Origin: Candidatus Omnitrophota bacterium
GTDB lineage: Bacteria; Omnitrophota; Gorgyraeia; Gygaellales; Profunditerraquicolaceae
Direction of reading: 5' to 3'
NCBI GenBank assembly: GCA_026387335.1
Contig: JAPLLX010000003.1
Span: 138,230-202,229, forward strand
DNA: 64,000 nucleotides
Program-made: the position numbers and the translations under genes
Part shown: piece by piece, positions 46,871 to 55,572 of the stretch
Layout: every line of letters begins with the position of its first letter
Position numbering within the stretch: the stretch's first letter is position 1
Notes under the pieces: generated by a model
Told to the model about the DNA's origin: nothing
Database searches by the model: none
What the model saw: the letters and a program-made list of their open reading frames with translations, nothing else

Positions 46871-49752
46871 TTTAACGGCTCCTTCCATACTTTTTTTAAT
46901 TTATCAATTCCGGCGTTAACGCAGATTTTATTATCTAAGCCATAGACCTTAAATTCTTTCTTTTTGCTTACGCAGCCGATTAATCCGAAGGATTTGCCTT
47001 TTAAGCTTTGCTCAAAAGCTTTCTGATTTTTCTTTTCAACTTCCACGATAAACCGAGAGTTGGATTCGGAGAATAAAACGAAATCATTGCGTTTTTCTCC
47101 CACGTAAGGAACGCTGGATAAAAATATATCCATACCTAACCCGCCGGAAAAAGCCATTTCAGCTAAAGCTACTGCCAGCCCTCCTTCAGAGCAATCATGC
47201 ATTGAACGGATCAACCTTCTACTTGAAGCCCGGCTTAAAGAATCAAAAAGCGCTTTGGCTTTCTTTACCTTAACCTTAGGCACACTATTGCCGATAGCTC
47301 CGGATAAATCGTAATAATGCGAACCGCCCAATTCTTGATATGTTTGACCAACCACATAAACCAGGTTACCCGCGTCTTTAGCGTACATTGATATTGCTTT
47401 GCTCGCGTCTTCCATCACTGAAATTGCCGAAATTAAAAGCGTTCCGGGGATAGCCAGGGATTTACCGTGTTCGCTGTATTCGTTATACAGGCTGTCCTTT
47501 CCGGAAATAAACGGCGCGCCAAAACCAACTGCCGCGTCATAACAACCGTAAGCGCAGCGCACTAAACTTCCCAGCCTATCCGGCTTATCCGGATTGCCCC
47601 AGCAAAAATTATCTAAAATCGCGACTTCCTTTAATGAGCCGCCGCAGCTGATAATCTGGCGCAAGGCCTCGTCAATACAAGAAGCAGCCATCCAGTAAGG
47701 ATCAATAAATCCGTATCTAAAATTTATTCCGTTGGAGACAATTACGGCCTTAGAAGAGCTTAAAACCGGCCTGACGATACTGGCATCCGATGGCCCATCG
47801 TTATCTATACCAGTCAAAGGCTTCATCACTGAACCGCCTTGCACCTCGTGATCATACCTGCGGATTACCGATTCTTTAGAACAGATATCGTAATGCGCCA
47901 GCAGCTTTTCTAAAACCGGGGTCAAATCTTTGGCGGGATTTATTTTCGGCTCCCGGTGCTTAGCCGGAGCGTACACCGCCTCTTTGACAATTTTAGGCTG
48001 GCCCTTGTGAAGAAACTCCATGCCCAGCGAGCAAACCAGGTTATCCTTATAATAAAGTTCAAGTTTTTTTGTAGCGGTAAACTCGCCGATTACCGTAGCT
48101 TCCACATTCTCGTTTGTAAAAACTCCCAGTAAATCCTCAATTTTTTCTGGCGGGACGGATAAAACCATCCTCTCCTGCGATTCGGATATCCAGATCTCCA
48201 TATAAGATAACCCGTCATACTTCAAGGGCACTTTATCCAACTCCACCCGGGCGCCTAATTCCGCGGCCATCTCTCCAACCGCGCTGGATAATCCGCCTGC
48301 GCCGCAATCAGTAATCGCGCTGTATAAATTTTTGTCGCGGGCCTGTAAAATCGTATCCAGCATCTTTTTTTCCTGAATGGGATTACCGATCTGGACCGCG
48401 CCGCTGGAAATAGTTTCAGACTCATGCGTCAGCTCGCCGGATGAAAAAGTCGCGCCGTGAATACCGTCTCGACCGGTCCTGCCGCCGACAACTACCACTA
48501 AATCCCCGCTATTTGTTTTCTTAAAAGATTTCTCCCGCGGCATAATCCCGGCTGTGCCGCAATAGACCAGCGGATTGCCGGTAAATTTTTCATGGAAGAG
48601 TATGGCCCCGTTTACAGTAGGAATCCCCATTTTGTTCCCGTAATCGCGCACGCCGCTGACTACACCCTTCATCACCCGCTTAGGATGGAGCGCGCCAACA
48701 GGCAACTTACTAAACGGATAATCCGGCAGGCCAAAACAAAAAATATCGGTATTTAAAAATGGCTTAGCGCCTAATCCTGTCCCCAGCGGATCGCGGATTA
48801 CGCCTCCTATACCGGTATTCGCTCCGCCGAAAGGCTCTAATGCCGAAGGATGGTTGTGCGTTTCAACCTTAAAACAAATATTGTATAAATCGTCAAAACG
48901 GATTATGCCGGCGTTATCCTTAAATACCGAAACGCACCAGGGCTTGTTTAATTCTTGGGTTACTTTCATTATTGTCGCCTTAAGCAGGCCGTCAATTAAT
49001 TTTGTCTTTGTCGCCTTAATTTTCTCGGTATATTTAATCTTACCCCGGAATGTTTTATGCGAGCAATGTTCGGACCAGGTCTGGGCAATGGTCTCAAGCT
49101 CACAATCAGTAGGATTACGCTTTAAACTCTTAAAATAATTTTTTATTGAGCGCATCTCAGACAGGTTCAGGAATAACTGGCCCCTCTTGCTTATCTCCAG
49201 CAATCTCTCGTCTGAAGCGCCTAATAAGTCTACGTTAACCAGGTTAAACTGGTACCTTGAACTCAATCGGGGGCTGTCCCCGGAAGGGACTGTCCCCGAT
49301 TTTACAATGTGCTGGATTAATTTATTATAAAGGAGTTTTTCGCAGATAGTTTTTAGCTGGGTAGCGGAGAGTTTTCCCTGGATTATATATTTTTTCGCCG
49401 TCTTAACAGATTCAGCTCCGGATATGCCCAAATCGCGCACACCTTTTAAGGTGGATTCCTCAACCGGGTCCATAACTCCCGGATTATAAGCGACCTCAAC
49501 GATAAATTTATCTTTCTGATTTCTTTCCGCGGCAGGATTAACAGAATAACACTGATAAACTTTATCGGTAAGTAGTTCAGCGCAAATTTTTGTTATCTCT
49601 TCAACGCTAAGTTCGCCTTCAATAGTATAAACCTGGATAAACCTGACCTCTTTGACTGTCTTTATCCCGAAATCAAGGATATCGCTCTTGACGCCGGCTA
49701 CCGCAGCGTCAAAAATACCGCTTCTTTCTCTTACTTCAATTTTGTAAAGCAT
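46864..49752 (-). CDS. purL: FGAM synthase PurL with N-terminal PurS-like domains
   Basis: QTWSEHCSHK, KVETHNHPSA, GRDGIHG, DCGAGG, SESQERM, ISGKDSL, HDCSEGG; about 150-aa N-extension containing PGVMDP. Confidence 0.95.
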   Translation of the reverse strand: MLYKIEVRERSGIFDAAVAGVKSDILDFGIKTVKEVRFIQVYTIEGELSVEEITKICAELLTDKVYQCYSVNPAAERNQKDKFIVEVAYNPGVMDPVEESTLKGVRDLGISGAESVKTAKKYIIQGKLSATQLKTICEKLLYNKLIQHIVKSGTVPSGDSPRLSSRYQFNLVNVDLLGASDERLLEISKRGQLFLNLSEMRSIKNYFKSLKRNPTDCELETIAQTWSEHCSHKTFRGKIKYTEKIKATKTKLIDGLLKATIMKVTQELNKPWCVSVFKDNAGIIRFDDLYNICFKVETHNHPSALEPFGGANTGIGGVIRDPLGTGLGAKPFLNTDIFCFGLPDYPFSKLPVGALHPKRVMKGVVSGVRDYGNKMGIPTVNGAILFHEKFTGNPLVYCGTAGIMPREKSFKKTNSGDLVVVVGGRTGRDGIHGATFSSGELTHESETISSGAVQIGNPIQEKKMLDTILQARDKNLYSAITDCGAGGLSSAVGEMAAELGARVELDKVPLKYDGLSYMEIWISESQERMVLSVPPEKIEDLLGVFTNENVEATVIGEFTATKKLELYYKDNLVCSLGMEFLHKGQPKIVKEAVYAPAKHREPKINPAKDLTPVLEKLLAHYDICSKESVIRRYDHEVQGGSVMKPLTGIDNDGPSDASIVRPVLSSSKAVIVSNGINFRYGFIDPYWMAASCIDEALRQIISCGGSLKEVAILDNFCWGNPDKPDRLGSLVRCAYGCYDAAVGFGAPFISGKDSLYNEYSEHGKSLAIPGTLLISAISVMEDASKAISMYAKDAGNLVYVVGQTYQELGGSHYYDLSGAIGNSVPKVKVKKAKALFDSLSRASSRRLIRSMHDCSEGGLAVALAEMAFSGGLGMDIFLSSVPYVGEKRNDFVLFSESNSRFIVEVEKKNQKAFEQSLKGKSFGLIGCVSKKKEFKVYGLDNKICVNAGIDKLKKVWKEPLKW
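49265..49301. repeat. REP-like hairpin inside the purL coding sequence
   Basis: AATCGGGGGCTGTCCC-CGGAA-GGGACTGTCCCCGATT (arms 14/16 complementary); translated in frame as KSGTVPSGDSPRL. Confidence 0.75.
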
Positions 49753-49770
49753 GGTTATAAATTACGGGGT

Positions 49771-50059
49771 TACTGAGTCTCCGGCAAATAATGGGCATAT
49801 TGGAAGCCCGGATTTAGGACGTATGCAAGGCGCGACGACGAAGGCGTAGTCGTAGCACTACGCCGAGGAGAAGCAACGCCGCAGACGGCCGAAAGGCGGG
49901 CTTCCCTCTTACTCCTATATATATGGGCTGGCTGATTTTGGGCTGCGACTGCGTCACTCGTCCTTGGCGTAGCGCTTTGGCTACGCCGGTGTCCTCGTTC
50001 CTTGTCTCGCTCCAAAATCAGATCAGCCAATGTGTCCATTATTTGCCGGAGACTCAGTA
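49771..50059. mobile_element. MITE-like element, 289 bp, 33-bp terminal inverted repeats, TA at both ends
   Basis: TACTGAGTCTCCGGCAAATAATGGGCATATTGG and CCAATGTGTCCATTATTTGCCGGAGACTCAGTA (31/33, first 24 perfect); two internal long hairpins; no transposase. Confidence 0.88.
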
Positions 50060-50072
50060 GGTGGGTAAATAT

Positions 50073-51365
50073 TTATAAACCGACTCTCTTGAATATTTTA
50101 TTTACGTTGCGCAGATAATAATTTAAATCAAATATATTATCCAGTTCCTTTTCGCTTAAAATCTCCGCCACTTTCGTATCCAGCAAAAGGCTGTCTCTAA
50201 AATCTACTCCCTCTTTCCAGGTATACATGGCACAGCGTTGCACTAAATCATAAGCCTTGGGTCTGGCTAAACCCTTATCCATCAGCGCCAAAAGCACGCG
50301 CTGGGAAAAAATCAGTCCGCGGGTCTTGATAATATTGGCCATCATATGTTCAGGATAGACATTCAGGCCTTCCATAACCTGAATAAATTTATTCAGCATA
50401 TAATCCAGGGCTAAAGTGGAATCCGGCATAATTATTCGCTCAACCGAGGAATGCGAAATATCCCGTTCATGCCAGAGCGCTATATTCTCCATTGCGGCGA
50501 CAGAATTGCCGCGTAAGAGGCGGGCTAATCCGCATATACGCTCGCAGATCACCGGATTGCGCTTGTGCGGCATGGCGCTGGAACCCTTTTGGCCCTTGCC
50601 AAACGGCTCTTCTGCCTCTAAAACTTCAGTGCGCTGCAGATGGCGTATTTCGGTAGCAAATTTTTCTAAACTTGAGCCGATAATCGCTAATCTGGCCATA
50701 AACACAGCATAAATATCCCGCTGGATTATCTGAGTAGAGATTTTGGCCGGTTTTAATCCCAGCTTTTTACAGACATAAGTTTCAACCTGCGGGTCAATAT
50801 TAGAATAGGTGCCGACTGCTCCGGAAAGCTTACCTACCGAGACTTCTTCTTTGGCTAACCTTAAACGCTCCAGGTTACGTTGCATTTCATCATACCAGAG
50901 GGCTAATTTTAAACCAAAAGTTGTAGGCTCCGCGTGTACACCATGGGTACGGCCTATACAAGCTGTATCCTTATAATTTAAAGCTTTTTTAGCCAGGACT
51001 TTTAGCAGCCTGTTGACATCATCAACGAGGATATCTGCCGCTGCTTGCAGCTGGACCCCGAGGGTAGTATCTAAAACATCCGATGAGGTAAGGCCCAAGT
51101 GCAGGTATTGGGCGTCTTTCCCAATATATTGTGATACATTGGAGACAAACGCCACTACATCATGTTGTGTCTTCTCTTCGATCTTCTTGATTTGGGCTAA
51201 ATTAAATCTGGCTTTTTGTTTGATTCTTCTGACTGCGGCTGGCGGGACTTTTTTCTGCTTGGCTAAGGCTTCCAGGCTGAGGATCTCAATGGCAAGCATG
51301 GTTTTAAACTTAAACTCTTCCTGCCAGATATTATTCATTTTGGGAAGGCTGTAACGTTCAATCAT
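50073..51365 (-). CDS. purB: Adenylosuccinate lyase
   Basis: MIERY, HDVVAF, GRTHGVHAEP, GSSAMPHKRNP, WHERDISHSS. Confidence 0.97.
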   Translation of the reverse strand: MIERYSLPKMNNIWQEEFKFKTMLAIEILSLEALAKQKKVPPAAVRRIKQKARFNLAQIKKIEEKTQHDVVAFVSNVSQYIGKDAQYLHLGLTSSDVLDTTLGVQLQAAADILVDDVNRLLKVLAKKALNYKDTACIGRTHGVHAEPTTFGLKLALWYDEMQRNLERLRLAKEEVSVGKLSGAVGTYSNIDPQVETYVCKKLGLKPAKISTQIIQRDIYAVFMARLAIIGSSLEKFATEIRHLQRTEVLEAEEPFGKGQKGSSAMPHKRNPVICERICGLARLLRGNSVAAMENIALWHERDISHSSVERIIMPDSTLALDYMLNKFIQVMEGLNVYPEHMMANIIKTRGLIFSQRVLLALMDKGLARPKAYDLVQRCAMYTWKEGVDFRDSLLLDTKVAEILSEKELDNIFDLNYYLRNVNKIFKRVGL

Positions 51366-51395
51366 GTACGCTCCGTTTCTTATATTAGAGAGTGT

Positions 51396-51423
51396 ATTAT
51401 AGCAAAAAAACGCCGTTTAGCAA
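51396..51423 (-). promoter_or_regulatory. Putative sigma70 promoter of the pur operon
   Basis: Minus strand TTGCTA-N16-TATAAT with TGn extension. Confidence 0.5.
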
Positions 51424-51455
51424 ATAAAAAAGATAGCCAAATATGCCGGTGAATA

Positions 51456-54074
51456 TCAGCCTAAAACGATGCTTACAAGATTGAGGGAGGATTTTTGTAG
51501 GGATTTGCGGTTAATGAGGATGCGCTGAGAATCGGTTAGTGGCAAAGGCCGGGAGTTTAAAGAGGCTTTTAATATCCTGTACTGGCCATAATCCAGCTTC
51601 TTAGGATTAGAAATATTAACCTGCAGCTTTGAGCCGGCAAAGGGCCGGTTCACGCTGATTGTTGGATTCAGCTTGAATTGTTCAGCCGTTAATTTTGGTT
51701 CAATCAATAAATCACCGTTCTCCCCCCGGACGCCAAAGGCTTGCGTCACTAAAGTCAGGATAAACCAACTGGCTGAGCCGGTAAGATACGCGTACATTCC
51801 CCGGCCTTCGGCATTAAAATACTCCGGAAGACAGGGATAAATCTTGCTCTTTTTTGTATCAACGGCTAATTTATAAAGCGAACTCAAGGCCTTCCACCCT
51901 TCCTTGGCCAAACCGCGGCTGTAAAGGCTATAAGCATACATTACAACCATGTGACTAAAAATCGCGCCGTTCTCCTTATCGCCGTAAGAGAATGAAAATG
52001 CCCGGCCCAGGTTATGCTGCTCAACTTTAAAATCAGTATTCAAATGATAACCTTTTAGTTCTTTATCTAAAAGATATCTGTTTACGCTCTGGATAATCTT
52101 ATCTACCTGTTTACTATCGGCAACCCCGGACATGATCGGAAAAACCTGCGCGGCCAGGCACATCCTTAGTAAACCATTTACTTTTCCTTCTACCCGCCTC
52201 TTCTTATTATCATAATAGCCGTTAAAGAATCCCTGCTTTAACCATTCGCTTTTACGGATATGCCCTGTCAGCCACAAGGATTTTATTTTTAAGTTACGCG
52301 CCAGCGCCTCCACCTTCACTTCTTTTTTCCTCCCTGAAAGAGAGAGCGCGGCTTTAGCAAAATAAGCGTCGAGAATCTTACGTTTTTCGTTTTTGTTATT
52401 ATAATCAAAATCTTTAAGCAAGATCAGCATCTCTTCGGCGAGCCGGATTTTCTTTTTCCCGGTTTTTAATAAAAGTTCGGCGAGGCGTTTTAAATTTTGA
52501 GCGTACATCGCGCTAAAAGCTACGCTTTCGCCATACTCTTTCGCCATATCCAAACCGTCATTCCAGTCCGCGCCCTCTAGGCGAATATAGTTATGCGGCC
52601 CGACATTAAAAAACTGGCTCAGGTTCTGGATCAAAAGATGCTCATAAAGCGGGCCTTTGCCGATTTTACGCTTATTCCAATCCCGGTCAATTTTTGTGGA
52701 GCGCCAGGTATGCTGGTCGCAGAAATACGCCACTTCTGCAAACAAAATAGCTAAATCCCCGCTTTCGTTTATATAAAAATCAGTAGTTATTAACGGCCAG
52801 ACTCCGTGGTCCATCCAGACGCGGGGAATATCGTTACGGTCGGCGATAAATTCGCCCGGCTTCTTTCCTACGATCGTAGCGTTAGAACCATCAGTCCTCA
52901 CCCCCCGAAAATTATTCAGCAAGAGTGAGCGGACTTGTTTGGGGTCGCTTAAAAGTAACCCTAAACAATCCTGCCACAGGTCGCGCCAGCCGCGGCCGCC
53001 TTTGCCGTAATCAAAATCCGGTAAGAACGAACACCCGAATATTTTTCTTAAAACCGGCTGGATATTCACCCAGTTAAGCCAATTGTCAAAATCGCCATCC
53101 GCGCTCGCTGTTTTAATCGCGCGGGATTTCTCCAGCCAAAATAACTTTGTTTTCTTAAGCGCTGCCTCAATTTTGGCGTTGGTGTTAAATTTATTTAAAA
53201 GGCGGTTGATTTCCCCAGAGCTTTCAGTAATGCCCATCAGGATAATATAAGAACAACTGCTTCCGGGACGAAGGGTGATCTCCCTAAAACGCAAAGCTCC
53301 CATCGGCTCTTTACCCTGAATGTTCCTCTTATCAGGTAAAAGATCATTTAAAATTGCCTGCGGCGCCTCTAAATCCCCTCCTTCACCGCAAAACATCTCC
53401 TGTGTCGGATAAATATATTGCGGAGCACAGGCCTTACCATCAACGCCTAAAACAAAATAATTCTCTTTATTCGGTTTATGCCCTGCCTCGTCAAAAGAAA
53501 GCGTGGGTTTGGAGATGACGCCGTATTTATTTAAGGTCAGGCGCTGCAGCAAGGAAGTTACCTGGCGGTGGTCACGGATGTTATTGGCGCCTCTGGCATA
53601 AAGAGGAATAGCTGCGGTAGGAATGAATTTTATTTTCTTAGAGCTAATGTTGATAAGCTTAACCTGCATTAACTCTAGCGGCTCTTCCAGCGGAATAAAA
53701 GAAAGGGTCTCTGCCCTTAAGCCTATTTTCTTGTTTTCTCTGGTAACCTTCTGCCAGAGTAGCCCGGCTTTTAGATCAACGCGATCCTCTTTAATCAGCC
53801 TTAAATCCTTGGATACGCCGGTAGCTGACCAGGTTTTATGCGGATCAATATAAATCCAAAAGTTTCTTGAGGCCCGGGAAGTGGTCAGGTTTAGGCGTGA
53901 AACAGGTTCTAAAAGAAAGGAACTCTGTCCGGCCTTAATATCTCCGTGCAGGTCAGGGGATACCGACGACATAAGGACTGCGTTACCCAGCGGAAAATAA
54001 AGGCTTTTGTTTTTATCAGCCGAAGGAAATTCAAATGTGCCTGAATTATCAATAAAATTCCAGATTCTTTCCAT
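51456..54074 (-). CDS. GH94-type glycoside phosphorylase (cellobiose/laminaribiose phosphorylase-like)
   Basis: DYGKGGRGWRDLWQD, ADWNDGLD, KENGAIFSH, YLTGSASW. Confidence 0.82.
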   Translation of the reverse strand: MERIWNFIDNSGTFEFPSADKNKSLYFPLGNAVLMSSVSPDLHGDIKAGQSSFLLEPVSRLNLTTSRASRNFWIYIDPHKTWSATGVSKDLRLIKEDRVDLKAGLLWQKVTRENKKIGLRAETLSFIPLEEPLELMQVKLINISSKKIKFIPTAAIPLYARGANNIRDHRQVTSLLQRLTLNKYGVISKPTLSFDEAGHKPNKENYFVLGVDGKACAPQYIYPTQEMFCGEGGDLEAPQAILNDLLPDKRNIQGKEPMGALRFREITLRPGSSCSYIILMGITESSGEINRLLNKFNTNAKIEAALKKTKLFWLEKSRAIKTASADGDFDNWLNWVNIQPVLRKIFGCSFLPDFDYGKGGRGWRDLWQDCLGLLLSDPKQVRSLLLNNFRGVRTDGSNATIVGKKPGEFIADRNDIPRVWMDHGVWPLITTDFYINESGDLAILFAEVAYFCDQHTWRSTKIDRDWNKRKIGKGPLYEHLLIQNLSQFFNVGPHNYIRLEGADWNDGLDMAKEYGESVAFSAMYAQNLKRLAELLLKTGKKKIRLAEEMLILLKDFDYNNKNEKRKILDAYFAKAALSLSGRKKEVKVEALARNLKIKSLWLTGHIRKSEWLKQGFFNGYYDNKKRRVEGKVNGLLRMCLAAQVFPIMSGVADSKQVDKIIQSVNRYLLDKELKGYHLNTDFKVEQHNLGRAFSFSYGDKENGAIFSHMVVMYAYSLYSRGLAKEGWKALSSLYKLAVDTKKSKIYPCLPEYFNAEGRGMYAYLTGSASWFILTLVTQAFGVRGENGDLLIEPKLTAEQFKLNPTISVNRPFAGSKLQVNISNPKKLDYGQYRILKASLNSRPLPLTDSQRILINRKSLQKSSLNLVSIVLG

Positions 54075-54595
54075 TAAGCTGCCGGTCTCATCTTTATTTC
54101 CTGCAATGCTTGGATGACCTGGAACAATAATTGTTCGCCTTTTTTAACTAAAGGCGCCCTTTCTTTATCCATGATCGTCGGGTCATCTTTTTCCAGCGCC
54201 TCTATCGCCTTGTTATACGCCGCGATGTCGTTATCCAGCACCTCTAAGAACATCTTGCTTATAGCGCTATATTTCTCTATAGGCACGCTGGCTAAATATG
54301 CGGTCTTTACATCTTCCAGCAATTTTTTCTCAGCTGAATAATAATTGACGGCGACCGCATTGCCAAAAGCGTCTTTCTTCGGGACAAAAGTTACTACTTT
54401 GTTACGGCAAATGAGCTTGCCGCTGGTTATGTTTTTTACCCTGTCTGCCAGGCTCAACATCGTGTTTACATAAACAGCTTTCGACAGCGGCTTGGGCGCT
54501 GTAGTTACTTTCTTCTGATGAGTAAACTTTAGACCAAAGAAAACTAAACCCAAAAACACAACAACTACCACCCCGAATATCCCGATTCTCTTCAT
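54074..54595 (-). CDS. Hypothetical membrane-anchored helical protein
   Basis: 173 aa, N-terminal TM helix, SD present, stop overlaps the next gene's start. Confidence 0.65.
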   Translation of the reverse strand: MKRIGIFGVVVVVFLGLVFFGLKFTHQKKVTTAPKPLSKAVYVNTMLSLADRVKNITSGKLICRNKVVTFVPKKDAFGNAVAVNYYSAEKKLLEDVKTAYLASVPIEKYSAISKMFLEVLDNDIAAYNKAIEALEKDDPTIMDKERAPLVKKGEQLLFQVIQALQEIKMRPAA

Positions 54596-54626
54596 ATTAT
54601 CGTCCCCTTTTCTTATTGAACCAGCC

Positions 54627-54914
54627 TTAAGAAACCTTGGGCGTATTCATAAACTCTACGCCGATTTCATACCTATCATCTTTAGTATCTTCCCTGACCC
54701 ATACAACTCTGGCAAAACCATCATAGGAGAACTCCGTTAAAGAAAACCTTATCTTTAAAATAGTCTCTTTAGGAATAAATTCATGCGTAAAGAAACTTAC
54801 CCCTCCCTGGCTGATATTCCGGGTAAGAAAAAACTGCGTTTTCGGGTTGTTGGAGATTTCGTATGCTATATTCAGGGATTGCGGTATCCGGACAAATTTC
54901 CTTCGGTCTATCAT
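54627..54914 (-). CDS. Stand-alone PilZ domain protein
   Basis: RRKFVR (RxxxR), NISQGG (D/NxSxxG), ARVVWVR, IGVEF. Confidence 0.85.
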   Translation of the reverse strand: MIDRRKFVRIPQSLNIAYEISNNPKTQFFLTRNISQGGVSFFTHEFIPKETILKIRFSLTEFSYDGFARVVWVREDTKDDRYEIGVEFMNTPKVS

Positions 54915-54929
54915 GATATAAGTATTCTT

Positions 54930-55346
54930 TTACTCGCCTATTATCTTTATTAAAACCCGTTTCTTACGCTGGCCGTCAAATTCTCCATAGAATATCTGCT
55001 CCCACGGCCCAAAGTCCAGCTTGCCGCCGGTAATAGCCGCGACAATCTCTCTACCCATTACTGTTCTTTTAAGATGAGCGTCTGCGTTATCCTCTCCGGA
55101 TAGATTATGTTTATATTTCTCTTTTCCGTAAGGAGCAAGCTTTTCTAACCAACCGCTAAAATCATCATGCAGGCCTGTCTCATCATCATTAATAAAGATC
55201 GAACTGGTTATGTGCATCGCGTTAACTAGACACAGCCCTTCTTTAACCGCGCTTTTATTAACCGCCTCTTGGACCAGCGGGGTAATATTTATAAACTCCT
55301 GCCTCTTTTTAGTGTTAAACCATAAATATTGAGTATGGGATTTCAT
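54930..55346 (-). CDS. yjbQ: YjbQ (UPF0047) family protein
   Basis: [34 protein letters not shown]. Confidence 0.92.
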   Translation of the reverse strand: MKSHTQYLWFNTKKRQEFINITPLVQEAVNKSAVKEGLCLVNAMHITSSIFINDDETGLHDDFSGWLEKLAPYGKEKYKHNLSGEDNADAHLKRTVMGREIVAAITGGKLDFGPWEQIFYGEFDGQRKKRVLIKIIGE

Positions 55347-55384
55347 TGATTTTATTATACCCCAAACAAAACTCTAAAACAACA

Positions 55385-55417
55385 AAAAACCCGCCGGATT
55401 TCTCCAGCGGGTTTTTT
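55385..55417. terminator. Bidirectional rho-independent terminator
   Basis: AAAAAACCCGCCGGA-TTTC-TCCAGCGGGTTTTTT. Confidence 0.75.
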
Positions 55418-55572
55418 ACTGATTGGCCATGTTGGTATAGGTAATAATTATATCTCTTAATACTAATAAACTAATTATATAGAAAAATTATCACCTATCT
55501 TGAGGGTAACATATCCAAAAGAAAGCTATCTTCTGTGCGGCTACCTTAATGTCGTAAAGCTGAAGCAGATAT

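Noticed and set aside
49770-50039. 89-aa ORF inside the MITE
   Set aside because: It has no transposase motifs and coincides with the GC-rich hairpins.
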